Positions 8,476 through 17,970 of a stretch of DNA of 64,000 nt are shown here, in pieces. A program made the position numbers and the translations under genes. The DNA comes from an uncultured Bacilli bacterium (GTDB lineage Bacteria; Bacillota_I; Bacilli_A; RF39; UBA660): positions 22,230 to 86,229 of the forward strand of contig CAJTLN010000002.1 of the NCBI GenBank assembly GCA_910577505.1, in the 5' to 3' direction. Numbering within the stretch: position 1 is the first letter of the stretch; each line of letters begins with the position of its first letter. A model generated the notes under the pieces. It was not told the DNA's origin, did no database searches, and saw only the letters and a list, made by a program, of their open reading frames with translations.

Positions 8476-9468
8476 ATGAATTGTAGAAAATGTGGAAATT
8501 TATTAAATGAAAATGATACTTTTTGTAAAGTATGTGGAGAGGCGGTAAATAATGGTCAGGTCATGGGAGCACAATCTGTTCAGCAACCAGTTCAACAGCC
8601 AGTTCAACAGCCAGTTCAACAACCAGTTCAGCAACCAATGCAACCTCAAATGATGCAACAGTCTCAACAACCAATGCAACAAGTAGGTCAACAACCTATA
8701 CAACAGCCAAATTATGGTATGCCAAATAATATGATGGGACAAAGTCCTATGCAACCTGCACCTAAGAAAAATAGTAGTGCTTTTGTTGTAATTTTAGTTA
8801 TCTTATTAGTAGTGATAGTTGGATTAGGTGGTTTTATAGGATACAAAGTCTTGTCTAATAATGATACAAAACAAGTGGATAAAGAAAAAAATAATAATAA
8901 GGATAAAGATACTGAGAAGGAAAAGGAAAAGGAATCTGAAAAACCAGTTATTGCAGAAAATAAAAACGTGTTTGAAGCATCAGGATATAAATTTACTATA
9001 CCAAGTGAATTGAAATATCAAAATGAATCTGGAATGTTAACTATTAGTGATTCAAAGACTTTCCAAGCTAATTTTAGTGTTGATTATTATAAGTATGAAG
9101 ATGTAGTGGCAAATCCACAATCAGTAGCAGAAGAAATAAAAGCTATAGGAGTTGGAATAGTAAATAGTGCTGAAAGAAATATTGGAGGTAGAAAGTTCTA
9201 TTTATATCAAATTCAATATACTAATGCAGCAGCAATATTTTATTTAACAAAATTAGATACATATACTTCTGTTATGGGAGTAGCAATGGCTACTACTACA
9301 AGTGGTTATGAAAAATGTTTAGAATACATTGGAAAAATGGTTGATGATGTAAATAAAACTTCATCATTTGCACCAGGAGAAGGAGAAGAAAAAGAATCTC
9401 ACCTTACTATTGATAATAAAATATTTGATAATAAAGAAATTGAAAGTATAGAGTATCCTGTTCAATAG
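8476..9468 (+). CDS. Zinc-ribbon membrane protein with a Q/P-rich repeat linker and an extracellular C-terminal domain
   Basis: SD AAGGAG lies 7 nt before ATG 8476. Zinc ribbon CRKCGN...CKVCG, then (QQPV)n and further Q/P/M-rich sequence, TM helix AFVVILVILLVVIVGLGGFIGY, a K/D/E-rich spacer, and a ~170-aa domain. Confidence 0.7.
   Translation: MNCRKCGNLLNENDTFCKVCGEAVNNGQVMGAQSVQQPVQQPVQQPVQQPVQQPMQPQMMQQSQQPMQQVGQQPIQQPNYGMPNNMMGQSPMQPAPKKNSSAFVVILVILLVVIVGLGGFIGYKVLSNNDTKQVDKEKNNNKDKDTEKEKEKESEKPVIAENKNVFEASGYKFTIPSELKYQNESGMLTISDSKTFQANFSVDYYKYEDVVANPQSVAEEIKAIGVGIVNSAERNIGGRKFYLYQIQYTNAAAIFYLTKLDTYTSVMGVAMATTTSGYEKCLEYIGKMVDDVNKTSSFAPGEGEEKESHLTIDNKIFDNKEIESIEYPVQ
8581..8640 (+). repeat. 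Five tandem 12-nt units (coding, QQPV repeat)
   Basis: CAGCAACCAGTT CAACAGCCAGTT CAACAGCCAGTT CAACAACCAGTT CAGCAACCAATG. Confidence 0.9.
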
Positions 9469-9487
9469 CGTTGTTGAAAATGAAAAA

Positions 9488-9514
9488 ACGATTTTTAATA
9501 AATCGTTTTTTTTT
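9488..9514 (+). repeat. Copy 2 of the perfect 27-bp direct repeat, which is also the terminator after the zinc-ribbon gene pair
   Basis: ACGATTTTTAATAAATCGTTTTTTTTT, identical to 6338-6364. Confidence 0.9.
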
Positions 9515-9561
9515 GACTTTTTTCATACTATATAAATGGTAATTTATAGAGGGTGAATGAT

Positions 9562-10353
9562 ATGAAAGTATATATAGATTTAATTATGATAGTAAATTTT
9601 ATCTTTGACTTTATACTACTTAGTAGTGTTAATTACATATTACGGAGGAATGTTAAGGTTATTAGATTAATACTAAGTAGTTTAGTTGGAACAGTTACTT
9701 TATTAATTTTATTTATAAATATGAGTAATATTATGTTACTGAGTTTTAAATTCTTAGTTAGTTTAGTTATGGTAGTAATAGCATTTGGATTTAAAGATAT
9801 AAAGTATATGTTAAAAAATATTTTATATTTTTATTTAGTCAGTATGTTACTTGGAGGAGGGATAGAATTTTTAAATAATCAGTTTAGTTATAGTAATAAT
9901 GGTTTAGTATTTACTAATAATGGATTAGGGATAAGTTATGGGATTGTCTTAATACTTAGTTTATTTATGTATTTTAAATATGTTAAATCTTTTAAAGATT
10001 TAAAAAACCATTATAGTAATTACTATAGATGTAGAATTTATTTTAGTGATGAAAACTTGGTGGAGGTGAATGCTTTTTTAGATACTGGTAATAAGTTAGT
10101 TGATCCTTATTCTAATAAGAGTATTATATTGTTACATGAAGATATGTTGGATAGGAGAGATGAGTTAAGGCCTCTTTATGTACCTTATAGTAGTTTAAAT
10201 AATCATGGATTACTTACTTGTTATCAGGCTTTAAAAATAGAGATAGATGGTAAATGTTATGATAAATTTTTAGTTGGGGTAAGTCATGAGAATTTCTTTA
10301 TAGATGGTATTAATTGTATTATAAATAGTCAAATTATGGAGGGATTAAGATAG
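9562..10353 (+). CDS. spoIIGA: Sporulation sigma-E processing aspartic protease SpoIIGA
   Basis: Polytopic N-terminal membrane half followed by the DTGN active-site context (NAFLDTGNKLVDP). It lies immediately upstream of sigE and overlaps it. GAGGGTG sits 6 nt before ATG 9562. Confidence 0.88.
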   Translation: MKVYIDLIMIVNFIFDFILLSSVNYILRRNVKVIRLILSSLVGTVTLLILFINMSNIMLLSFKFLVSLVMVVIAFGFKDIKYMLKNILYFYLVSMLLGGGIEFLNNQFSYSNNGLVFTNNGLGISYGIVLILSLFMYFKYVKSFKDLKNHYSNYYRCRIYFSDENLVEVNAFLDTGNKLVDPYSNKSIILLHEDMLDRRDELRPLYVPYSSLNNHGLLTCYQALKIEIDGKCYDKFLVGVSHENFFIDGINCIINSQIMEGLR

Positions 10354-11042
10354 TGATAGAGTTTATTAAAAGATTGATTTCTAAGATAAGAGCGAAGTAT
10401 AATCAATTTTTCTTTGTAGGTAGTAGTGATATTTTGCCTCCTCCTTTGGAGAAGGAAGAGGAAATAGAGTTACTTATAAAGTCTCAGAAAGGTGATGAAG
10501 GAGCAAGAAATAAGTTAATAGAACATAATTTAAGATTGGTTGTTTTTATTTCTAAGAAGTATGAAAGTACTTTAGAAACTTTAGAGGATTTAGTTAGTAT
10601 TGGAACGATAGGTTTAATTAAAGGGATAAATACTTATAAAATAGATAAGAATATAAGGTTGGCTACTTATGCTTCTAGGTGTATTTCTAATGAAATATTA
10701 ATGTATTTAAGAAAGAATAAGAAGAGAGTTAGTGATATAAGTTTTGAAGAAGCATTAAGTTATGATGCAGAAGGCAATGAGTTGCATTTAGAAGATATAA
10801 TAAGTGATAATGATGATATTACTTATAAAGAGTATGAGAAGAAAACTGATATTGAATTACTTAAAAGTTATTTAGATCATTTAAATGATAGAGATAAACA
10901 AATTATGATAATGAGATATGGACTTTATAATACGGAAGAATATACACAAAAAGAAGTGGCAGAAATACTTGGGATAAGTCAATCATATATTTCACGTATA
11001 GAAAAAAAGGTTATTAGAAAATTAAAGGTTCATTTAGAATAA
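10353..11042 (+). CDS. sigE: Pro-sigma-E (sporulation RNA polymerase sigma factor)
   Basis: Pro-sequence MIEFIKRLISKIRAKY...FVGSSDILPPPL, then sigma-70 regions 2-4 (HNLRLVVFISKKY; QKEVAEILGISQSYISRIEKK). GTG start 9 nt after GGAGGG. Confidence 0.9.
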   Translation: MIEFIKRLISKIRAKYNQFFFVGSSDILPPPLEKEEEIELLIKSQKGDEGARNKLIEHNLRLVVFISKKYESTLETLEDLVSIGTIGLIKGINTYKIDKNIRLATYASRCISNEILMYLRKNKKRVSDISFEEALSYDAEGNELHLEDIISDNDDITYKEYEKKTDIELLKSYLDHLNDRDKQIMIMRYGLYNTEEYTQKEVAEILGISQSYISRIEKKVIRKLKVHLE

Positions 11043-11173
11043 ATATTATAGGAATTCTAATAAAAGAAAATTAGTGTAAATATAGCTGATTAATTTGAAT
11101 TAATTGGCTTTTTTATTTGCTTTTTATTGATGTATTTATTAGTATTTATGTTATAATTATACTAGGTGTAAAT

Positions 11174-12196
11174 ATGAAGAATATATATGGCATAAAAAGA
11201 TTAGATTTAGAAAATTATTTTTTGAATATTAATGAAAAGAAGTTTAAAGCTTTGCAGGTTTTTGAGTGGCTTTATCAGCATAAAGTTAATTCTTTTTTAG
11301 AAATGACAAATATAAAAAAGGAAATTCAAGAAAAACTGGAAAAAGATTTTTCTTTTAGAATGATTAGTATTCAAAAGAAGCAAGAAGATAAAGGAACTAA
11401 AAAATATTTGTTTAAGTTGTTTGATGGCAATTTTGTTGAAGCTGTTTTGATGGAGCATGATTATGGAAAATCAATTTGTGTTAGCAGTGAAGTAGGATGT
11501 AATATGGGATGTGCATTTTGTGAATCTGGACGTCTTAAGAAAGTTAGAAATTTGGAAAGCTTTGAAATGGTACAACAAATTTTACTTGTTGAAGAAGATA
11601 TAAAGACAAGAATATCTAGTGTAGTTATTATGGGAATAGGTGAACCTTTAGATAATTATGATAATGTAATGGATTTTATTAAAATAATTAATGATGCTAA
11701 AGGTATAGCAATTGGAGCTAGACATATTACTTTATCAACTTGTGGTATTGTACCTAAAATAAAAGATTTAATGAATGAAGATTTACAGATTAATTTAGCA
11801 TTATCTTTACATGCTCCAAATACACAATTAAGAGATAAAATTATGCCAATTAACAAAGCGTATAAATTGCCAATCTTAATGGATACTATAAAAGAATATA
11901 TTGCTAAAACAAATAGACGAGTTACTATAGAATATGTTATGCTTAATGAGATAAATGATAATGAGACACAAGCTAATGAATTAGCAGCGTTACTTAAGGG
12001 ATTAAATGTATATGTTAATTTGATTCCTTATAATGAAACTAATCATATAGAATTTAAAAGAGCTAGTAAAGATAAAATAATGAAATTTTATGATACTTTA
12101 AAAAAACGAGGTATTAATGTTACGATAAGAAAAGAGTTTGGTAGTAAGATTGATGCTGCTTGTGGTCAACTTAGAAGTAAAGAGGTGAAGGCATGA
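11174..12196 (+). CDS. rlmN: 23S rRNA/tRNA (adenine2503-C2)-methyltransferase RlmN (radical SAM)
   Basis: CNMGCAFCESG radical-SAM cluster and C-terminal AACGQL. ATG 11174 follows TAGGTG; the longest-ORF TTG start at 11117 adds a hydrophobic non-homologous leader. Confidence 0.9.
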   Translation: MKNIYGIKRLDLENYFLNINEKKFKALQVFEWLYQHKVNSFLEMTNIKKEIQEKLEKDFSFRMISIQKKQEDKGTKKYLFKLFDGNFVEAVLMEHDYGKSICVSSEVGCNMGCAFCESGRLKKVRNLESFEMVQQILLVEEDIKTRISSVVIMGIGEPLDNYDNVMDFIKIINDAKGIAIGARHITLSTCGIVPKIKDLMNEDLQINLALSLHAPNTQLRDKIMPINKAYKLPILMDTIKEYIAKTNRRVTIEYVMLNEINDNETQANELAALLKGLNVYVNLIPYNETNHIEFKRASKDKIMKFYDTLKKRGINVTIRKEFGSKIDAACGQLRSKEVKA

Positions 12197-12939
12197 AAAC
12201 ATTTTATTTAACAGATTCAGGAAAAGTAAGAGATCATAATGAAGACTCTGTTATAATACTTAAAAATGCTAATAATGAATATTTATTAATAGTTGCTGAT
12301 GGAATGGGAGGACATAGAGCTGGTGAAGTTGCTAGTTCAATTGTTGTTAACCATATGGGAAAGAGATTTTCAGAAACTAATACAGTTGGAAGTAAATTAG
12401 ATGCTATTAATTGGATGAAGGACAACATTAGTGAAATTAATAAAGAAATACTTGATCATACTAAAACACATCCTGAAGCATTAGGAATGGGAACTACTAC
12501 AGTAATGGCGTTACTTACTGATGAATATTTATTATTTGGTAATATTGGAGATTCTTCGGGATTTGTATATAAGAATGGTAAATTAACTAAGGTTACTAAT
12601 GATCATACTTTAGTTAATTTATTAGTAACAGCTGGAGATTTGACTGAAGAAGAAGCAAAATATCATCCAAAGAGAAATGTTTTAATGAAGGCACTTGGTA
12701 GTAGCGAAAAAGCTGAATTAGATGTCTTTGATGTTGATAGGAATGTTGATGGAATTCTTTTATGTAGTGATGGTTTAACATCAATGTTAACTAAGGAACA
12801 AATTGAAAAAGTATTAAATGATGAAGAACTTGAAATTGAAGAACAAGTTATTAAACTAATCCGTAAGAGCAATGCTCGTGGAGGAACTGATAATATTTCA
12901 GTAGCTTATTTATCTCTTGAAAGTGGTGAAGAAGAATGA
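12193..12939 (+). CDS. prpC: PP2C-family Ser/Thr protein phosphatase
   Basis: Motifs NEDS, VADGMGGH, GDS, CSDGL and DNIS; overlaps rlmN and prkC as in the Bacillus operon. Confidence 0.92.
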   Translation: MKTFYLTDSGKVRDHNEDSVIILKNANNEYLLIVADGMGGHRAGEVASSIVVNHMGKRFSETNTVGSKLDAINWMKDNISEINKEILDHTKTHPEALGMGTTTVMALLTDEYLLFGNIGDSSGFVYKNGKLTKVTNDHTLVNLLVTAGDLTEEEAKYHPKRNVLMKALGSSEKAELDVFDVDRNVDGILLCSDGLTSMLTKEQIEKVLNDEELEIEEQVIKLIRKSNARGGTDNISVAYLSLESGEEE

Positions 12940-14693
12940 TAATGAAAGGACAAAAAATAAACGATCGATATCAAATCATTAAATCTATTGGAGAAGGTGG
13001 AATGGCTAATGTTTATTTAGCTTATGATACTATTTTAGATAGAGATGTAGCAGTTAAAGTTTTAAGAGGGGATTTATCTAATGATGAAAAATTTGTTAGA
13101 AGATTTCAAAGAGAAGCTTTGAATGCTAGTAGTTTAAGTCATCCTAATATTGTTGAAGTTTATGATGTTGGTGATGATAATGGACAATATTTCATTGTTA
13201 TGGAATATATTGAAGGAAAAAATTTAAAAGAATTAACTAAGAAACGTGGTAAACTTACTACTACTGAAGTTGTTGATATAATGAGTCAAATTGCAGATGG
13301 TTTAAGTGTTGCTCATGATAGTTATATAATTCATAGAGATATTAAACCACAAAATATAATGATACTTGAAAATGGATTAGTAAAAATTACAGATTTTGGT
13401 ATTGCAATGGCAATGAATGCTACACAACTTACACAAACTAATTCAGTAATGGGTAGTGTTCACTACTTACCACCAGAACAAGCTAGTGGCAAAGGATCAA
13501 CATTAAAAAGTGATATTTATTCAATGGGTATTTTAATGTATGAACTATTAACTGGAGTTTTACCATATCGTGGTGATAATGCTGTTGAAATAGCATTAAA
13601 ACATTTAAAAGAACCACTTCCTAGTATTAGAGAGGAACTACCAGATTTGCCACAAAGTGTGGAAAATATTATTTTAAAAAGTGCAGCTAAAAATCCTAAA
13701 AATAGATATAATGATGCACGAGAAATGTATGAAGATTTGAAAACTTGTTTAGATGATTCAAGAATTAATGAAGAAAGATATGAATATCAGTATCCAGAAT
13801 TAGATGGAGAAAATAAAAAATTTACTAAGCAAGTAGAAAAAGCAATAAGTGTAGAAAATGAAAATGAGGAGACTGAAACTGAAGTGAAAGTTAAGCAAGT
13901 AACAGATGATGAAGTAAAAAGAGAGAATAAATTATTGGTTATTCTAGCTTCAATATTTGTAGGTTTATTTGTAGTTATAGCAGCATTTGTATTGTTACTT
14001 CCTACTATTTTAAAGCAAAAGGATTTAACTGTTCCTGAAGTAGAAGGAAAGAGTGTAAGTGAAGTAATTGATGAATTGCAATCTTTAGGATTTGAAGTTG
14101 CTGATGCAAATATTGATATAACTGATGATAAAGTGCCAGCTGGTAAAGTTGTTAAAACTAATCCACCTAGTGGAGCTAAGCGTACTGAGGGAACAATTGT
14201 AACAATATATGTTTCTACTGGAGATTCTAAACATGAAATTCAGGATTATACAGGAAAAAATTATCTAGAAGTTAGAGGAGCTTTAGAGGCTCATGGTATA
14301 TTTGTATATATAGAGAAAAAGGAAGTTGAAAATCCAGATAAGTATAAAGAAGGAACGATAATTGAACAGTCTGTAGAACCTGGTAGTAAGCTTGGAGCAA
14401 AAGATAGTATTACTTTATATATACCAGATGTTGCAGTAAAATATCCAGACTTTACTGATGGTTCTTATTCAGAGGCCGAAGTAAAGAAATTCTGTGAACA
14501 ATATGGTGTTACTTTAGAAGTACAAAGAATACCTGAACCAAATTATGATGAAGGTAGAATTTATTATCAAAGTAGAAAAGAAGGATATACAGTTACTAGT
14601 GGAACTAAATTAATTATTAGAATCGCAACAGCTCCAGTAGAAGAACCAGTTGATGATCCAGAAGATCTTGGAGATTGCGATGGGTTATGCTAG
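12936..14693 (+). CDS. prkC: Hanks-type Ser/Thr kinase with TM helix and extracellular PASTA repeats
   Basis: GEGGMANVY, VAVK, HRDIKPQN, DFGIA, then TM helix LLVILASIFVGLFVVIAAFVLLL and three PASTA-like repeats. Confidence 0.93.
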   Translation: MIMKGQKINDRYQIIKSIGEGGMANVYLAYDTILDRDVAVKVLRGDLSNDEKFVRRFQREALNASSLSHPNIVEVYDVGDDNGQYFIVMEYIEGKNLKELTKKRGKLTTTEVVDIMSQIADGLSVAHDSYIIHRDIKPQNIMILENGLVKITDFGIAMAMNATQLTQTNSVMGSVHYLPPEQASGKGSTLKSDIYSMGILMYELLTGVLPYRGDNAVEIALKHLKEPLPSIREELPDLPQSVENIILKSAAKNPKNRYNDAREMYEDLKTCLDDSRINEERYEYQYPELDGENKKFTKQVEKAISVENENEETETEVKVKQVTDDEVKRENKLLVILASIFVGLFVVIAAFVLLLPTILKQKDLTVPEVEGKSVSEVIDELQSLGFEVADANIDITDDKVPAGKVVKTNPPSGAKRTEGTIVTIYVSTGDSKHEIQDYTGKNYLEVRGALEAHGIFVYIEKKEVENPDKYKEGTIIEQSVEPGSKLGAKDSITLYIPDVAVKYPDFTDGSYSEAEVKKFCEQYGVTLEVQRIPEPNYDEGRIYYQSRKEGYTVTSGTKLIIRIATAPVEEPVDDPEDLGDCDGLC

Positions 14694-15527
14694 ATGAATG
14701 GTCAAATAATAAAAGTAATTAGTAATTTATATACAGTAAAAGTTGGAGAGATGTTATATGGTTGCCGTGCAAGAGGTAAATTTAGAAAGGATAACATAAC
14801 TCCAATTGTAGGAGATAATGTAGTAATTGATTCTGATAATAATATAATAAATGAAATATTGCCAAGAAAGAATGAATTAGATAGACCTGTTATTGCAAAT
14901 GTAGATATGGCTTTTATAGTAACTAGTACTAAAAAGCCTAATCTAGATTTGAATTTATTAGATAAATTAATTAGTGTGATAACATTTAATAATATTGAAC
15001 CAGTTATATGTTTTACTAAGTTAGATTTACTAAATGAAGTTGAACTTGAGATAATAAGTAATCTTAGAAAATATTATGAAATGATTGGTATTAGAGTAGT
15101 TTATAGTACTGAAACTAATATTATAAAGAAAATTATAAAAGGAAAAATAGTAGTATTGGCTGGTCAAACTGGTGCTGGTAAAAGTAGTTTATTAAATAAA
15201 CTTGATGATAAATTAAATATTAAAACCGACGAAATAAGTGAAGCATTAGGAAGAGGTAAACATACTACTAGACATGTTGAATTATATTCGATATCTGATG
15301 GTTATGTAGCTGATACTCCTGGTTTTTCAGCTCTTGACTTAAAAAATATGGATAAAGAAGATTTAAAAAATACATTTATTGAATTTGCGAATTATGAATG
15401 TAAATTTAGAGATTGTATTCATAACAAAGAAAAAGAATGTGGGGTAAAAGACGCATTAAAAGATAAAATGATTTTACAATCTAGATATAATAATTATTTA
15501 TTATTTTTGGAGGAATTAGAAAAATGA
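14694..15527 (+). CDS. rsgA: Ribosome small-subunit biogenesis GTPase RsgA
   Basis: Circularly permuted GTPase (FTKLDL ... GQTGAGKSSL ... DTPGF) and C-terminal zinc cluster C..C.H......C. Confidence 0.92.
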   Translation: MNGQIIKVISNLYTVKVGEMLYGCRARGKFRKDNITPIVGDNVVIDSDNNIINEILPRKNELDRPVIANVDMAFIVTSTKKPNLDLNLLDKLISVITFNNIEPVICFTKLDLLNEVELEIISNLRKYYEMIGIRVVYSTETNIIKKIIKGKIVVLAGQTGAGKSSLLNKLDDKLNIKTDEISEALGRGKHTTRHVELYSISDGYVADTPGFSALDLKNMDKEDLKNTFIEFANYECKFRDCIHNKEKECGVKDALKDKMILQSRYNNYLLFLEELEK

Positions 15528-16162
15528 AAGTAGGAATATCTTTTTTAACAATAAAAGAAGATTTGGAAACAACATTAAGTAAAATTGATGAATCTAGTGC
15601 AGATTATATACATGTAGATATGATGGATGGTATATTTGTCCCTAATGCAAATTATACTGTTTCAGATATAAAGAAAATGTTTAAAAATATAAATAAAAAA
15701 TTAGATGTACATATGATGATGTGTTCACCTAATAAGTATGTTAAAGAGTTTGCTAAAATGAGTAATGTTGAATATTTGACATTACATTATGAATCTCATA
15801 GAAGACCTATTGATGTAATTAATATGATTAGACATACGCCACTTAAAGTGGGAATTGCGATAAATCCTGAAACAAAAGTAAGTCATATTGTACCTTTACT
15901 AAATCATATTGATCAAGTTCTTGTTATGAGTGTTAAACCTGGTAAGGGTGGACAAAAGTTTATGGATGAAATATTGTATAAAATAGAAACTCTTAAAGAT
16001 ATTAGAGAAGAAAATGGTTATCATTATATCATTAGTGTAGATGGTGGTATAAATGCTGAAACAGCTAAGTTAGTAAAAGATGCTGGAGCTGATATGGTTG
16101 TGGCTGGTTCTTATGTTTGTTTGAGTGATAATTATGAAGAAAAAATAAATACTTTAAGGTAA
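15524..16162 (+). CDS. rpe: Ribulose-phosphate 3-epimerase
   Basis: HVDMMDG, MSV.PG.GGQKF and DGGI motifs; conserved position after rsgA. Confidence 0.9.
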   Translation: MKVGISFLTIKEDLETTLSKIDESSADYIHVDMMDGIFVPNANYTVSDIKKMFKNINKKLDVHMMMCSPNKYVKEFAKMSNVEYLTLHYESHRRPIDVINMIRHTPLKVGIAINPETKVSHIVPLLNHIDQVLVMSVKPGKGGQKFMDEILYKIETLKDIREENGYHYIISVDGGINAETAKLVKDAGADMVVAGSYVCLSDNYEEKINTLR

Positions 16163-16176
16163 TAAAGGATTAATAT

Positions 16177-17928
16177 ATGAAAAAAGGAATAATTGTAGTA
16201 ATAGTAGTATTAAGTGTAATTATTCTTGTATTTTTAGGAATGTTATTATGGAAAAAGAATGAAATCTTTAATACTGAAATATTTAAAGAAGAATATAAAG
16301 AAACATTTGTTGGACCAGATAACTGGATTAATGAAGAGACTTTGGATAACAAAGTCTCTATTAAAAATACAAGAGATTTTGATATAGCTGTTAGAATAAC
16401 ATTTGAAGAAAAAATACTTGATAATGATAATAATGATGTTCATGAAGAAAATATTAATATAGAAGAATTATTTGATAAAAAGATATATGATGAAAATTGG
16501 ATTAAAGTAGATGGTGATAAAGAGTATTATTACTATGCTTATGGTTTAGCTAAAGAAGAGGAAATAAATTTATCACAATATTTATTTTTGAATAATGGAG
16601 ATAATATTGATAATGATTTATTTGATGATAAGATATATAGTATTGATACTATTATAGAATTTATTGAATATGATAGCTATATTGAAGGATGGAATTTAGT
16701 AAATGATAAAAATGAAAAAATCGTTAATATAAAGAAGCCATTAAGTAATAAGGACAAAATTAAGTTGGATGAAGAGATGAAAATGAAAGAAGAGACAATG
16801 TTATTTAATGATAAGATAGATAGAAAATTGAATAACTTAACTTTGGAAGAAAAGATAGGTCAAATGATGATTATCTCTTTAAGTAAAAATGACAAAAGAT
16901 TAAAAAATGAAGGAATAAACTATAATATAGATAAGTTATTAAATGATATAAAGCCTGGAGGAGTAATAGTAGAAACTAGTGACTTTGAATCTAGAAATGT
17001 TGATGAAATGATTGAGCTTACTAAGAAAATAAAAGATTCATCTAGTATTCCAATCATTATATCTGTTGATCAAGAGGGTGGAAGAGTACAAAGATTTAAT
17101 TCTTTAAAAGATAGATATAATAATGGTATTACATATATACCTGCAATGGATAAGATAGGCAATACTAATGATAAAGATATTGCTTATGATACTGGTAGGT
17201 TAATTGGAATGGAACTTAATGCTCTTGGATTTAATATGGATTTTGCTCCAGTATTAGATACTTTATATATAGATAGTAATGTTATTGGGGATAGAAGTTT
17301 TGGTAATAATTCAGAAGTAGTTACTAAAATGGGATTATCTGTTGCTAATGGATTACAAGATAGAGGTATTATTCCAGTATATAAACATTTTCCTAATCAT
17401 GGATCTACTTCTACAGATTCCCATGATGGCTTACCAGAAGTAAATAGAACTAAAGAAGAACTAATGAAAAAAGATTTAATTTCTTTTAAAGAAGCTATAA
17501 ATAGTAATGCACCTGTTATGATGGTCGGACATTTATATTATCCAGAAATTACTGATGTACCATCTTCTTTATCTAAAGAAATTATAACTGATTTGTTGAA
17601 GAATGAATTGGGATTTAATGGTTTAGTTATTACAGATAGCTTAAGAATGGGAGCTATTATAAATAAGTATGGTGAAAAAGAAATATATGAAATGGCAATT
17701 AATGCTGGGGTAGATATTTTGCTTATGCCATATAATCCTGATTATGCAGTTAATTATATTAAAGAAAGTATTAAAAATGGTAAAATAACAGAGAATCAAA
17801 TAAATAATTCTGTAATAAAAATATTAACTTTAAAATATAGTTATTTGAAGACCGATGAATGTGATAAAGATATTCTAGAATCTGAAGAATATAGAGAATT
17901 AAGCGATAAAATAAATAAAATTGAATAA
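16177..17928 (+). CDS. Membrane-anchored glycoside hydrolase family 3 (NagZ-like beta-N-acetylhexosaminidase) with a ~190-aa N-terminal TasA/camelysin-like domain
   Basis: N-terminal TM helix. GH3 motifs: GQMMI, VDQEGGRVQR, KHFPNHG, ITDSLRMGA. The N-terminal part (FVGPDNWINEETLDNKVSIKNTRDFDIAVRITFEE) resembles SipW-dependent matrix proteins. Confidence 0.8.
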   Translation: MKKGIIVVIVVLSVIILVFLGMLLWKKNEIFNTEIFKEEYKETFVGPDNWINEETLDNKVSIKNTRDFDIAVRITFEEKILDNDNNDVHEENINIEELFDKKIYDENWIKVDGDKEYYYYAYGLAKEEEINLSQYLFLNNGDNIDNDLFDDKIYSIDTIIEFIEYDSYIEGWNLVNDKNEKIVNIKKPLSNKDKIKLDEEMKMKEETMLFNDKIDRKLNNLTLEEKIGQMMIISLSKNDKRLKNEGINYNIDKLLNDIKPGGVIVETSDFESRNVDEMIELTKKIKDSSSIPIIISVDQEGGRVQRFNSLKDRYNNGITYIPAMDKIGNTNDKDIAYDTGRLIGMELNALGFNMDFAPVLDTLYIDSNVIGDRSFGNNSEVVTKMGLSVANGLQDRGIIPVYKHFPNHGSTSTDSHDGLPEVNRTKEELMKKDLISFKEAINSNAPVMMVGHLYYPEITDVPSSLSKEIITDLLKNELGFNGLVITDSLRMGAIINKYGEKEIYEMAINAGVDILLMPYNPDYAVNYIKESIKNGKITENQINNSVIKILTLKYSYLKTDECDKDILESEEYRELSDKINKIE

Positions 17929-17970
17929 GATATATGTAAATATATCTTTTTTTGATAAAAAATAAAACGT

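Noticed and set aside
8581-8640. Short tandem repeats considered as a CRISPR-like or non-coding array.
   Set aside because: The 12-nt units are contiguous with no spacers. They lie in frame inside an ORF and encode a QQPV repeat.
11117-11173. N-terminal extensions in the longest-ORF track (rlmN 11117, recA 26971, the 890-aa ORF 28119, the CAT-like gene 34352, the transglutaminase-like gene 44528, ponA 24202, nth 20749 and others).
   Set aside because: The extended parts lack homology and an SD. They run through promoters, terminators or divergent genes. Internal ATGs with good SDs coincide with the start of homology.
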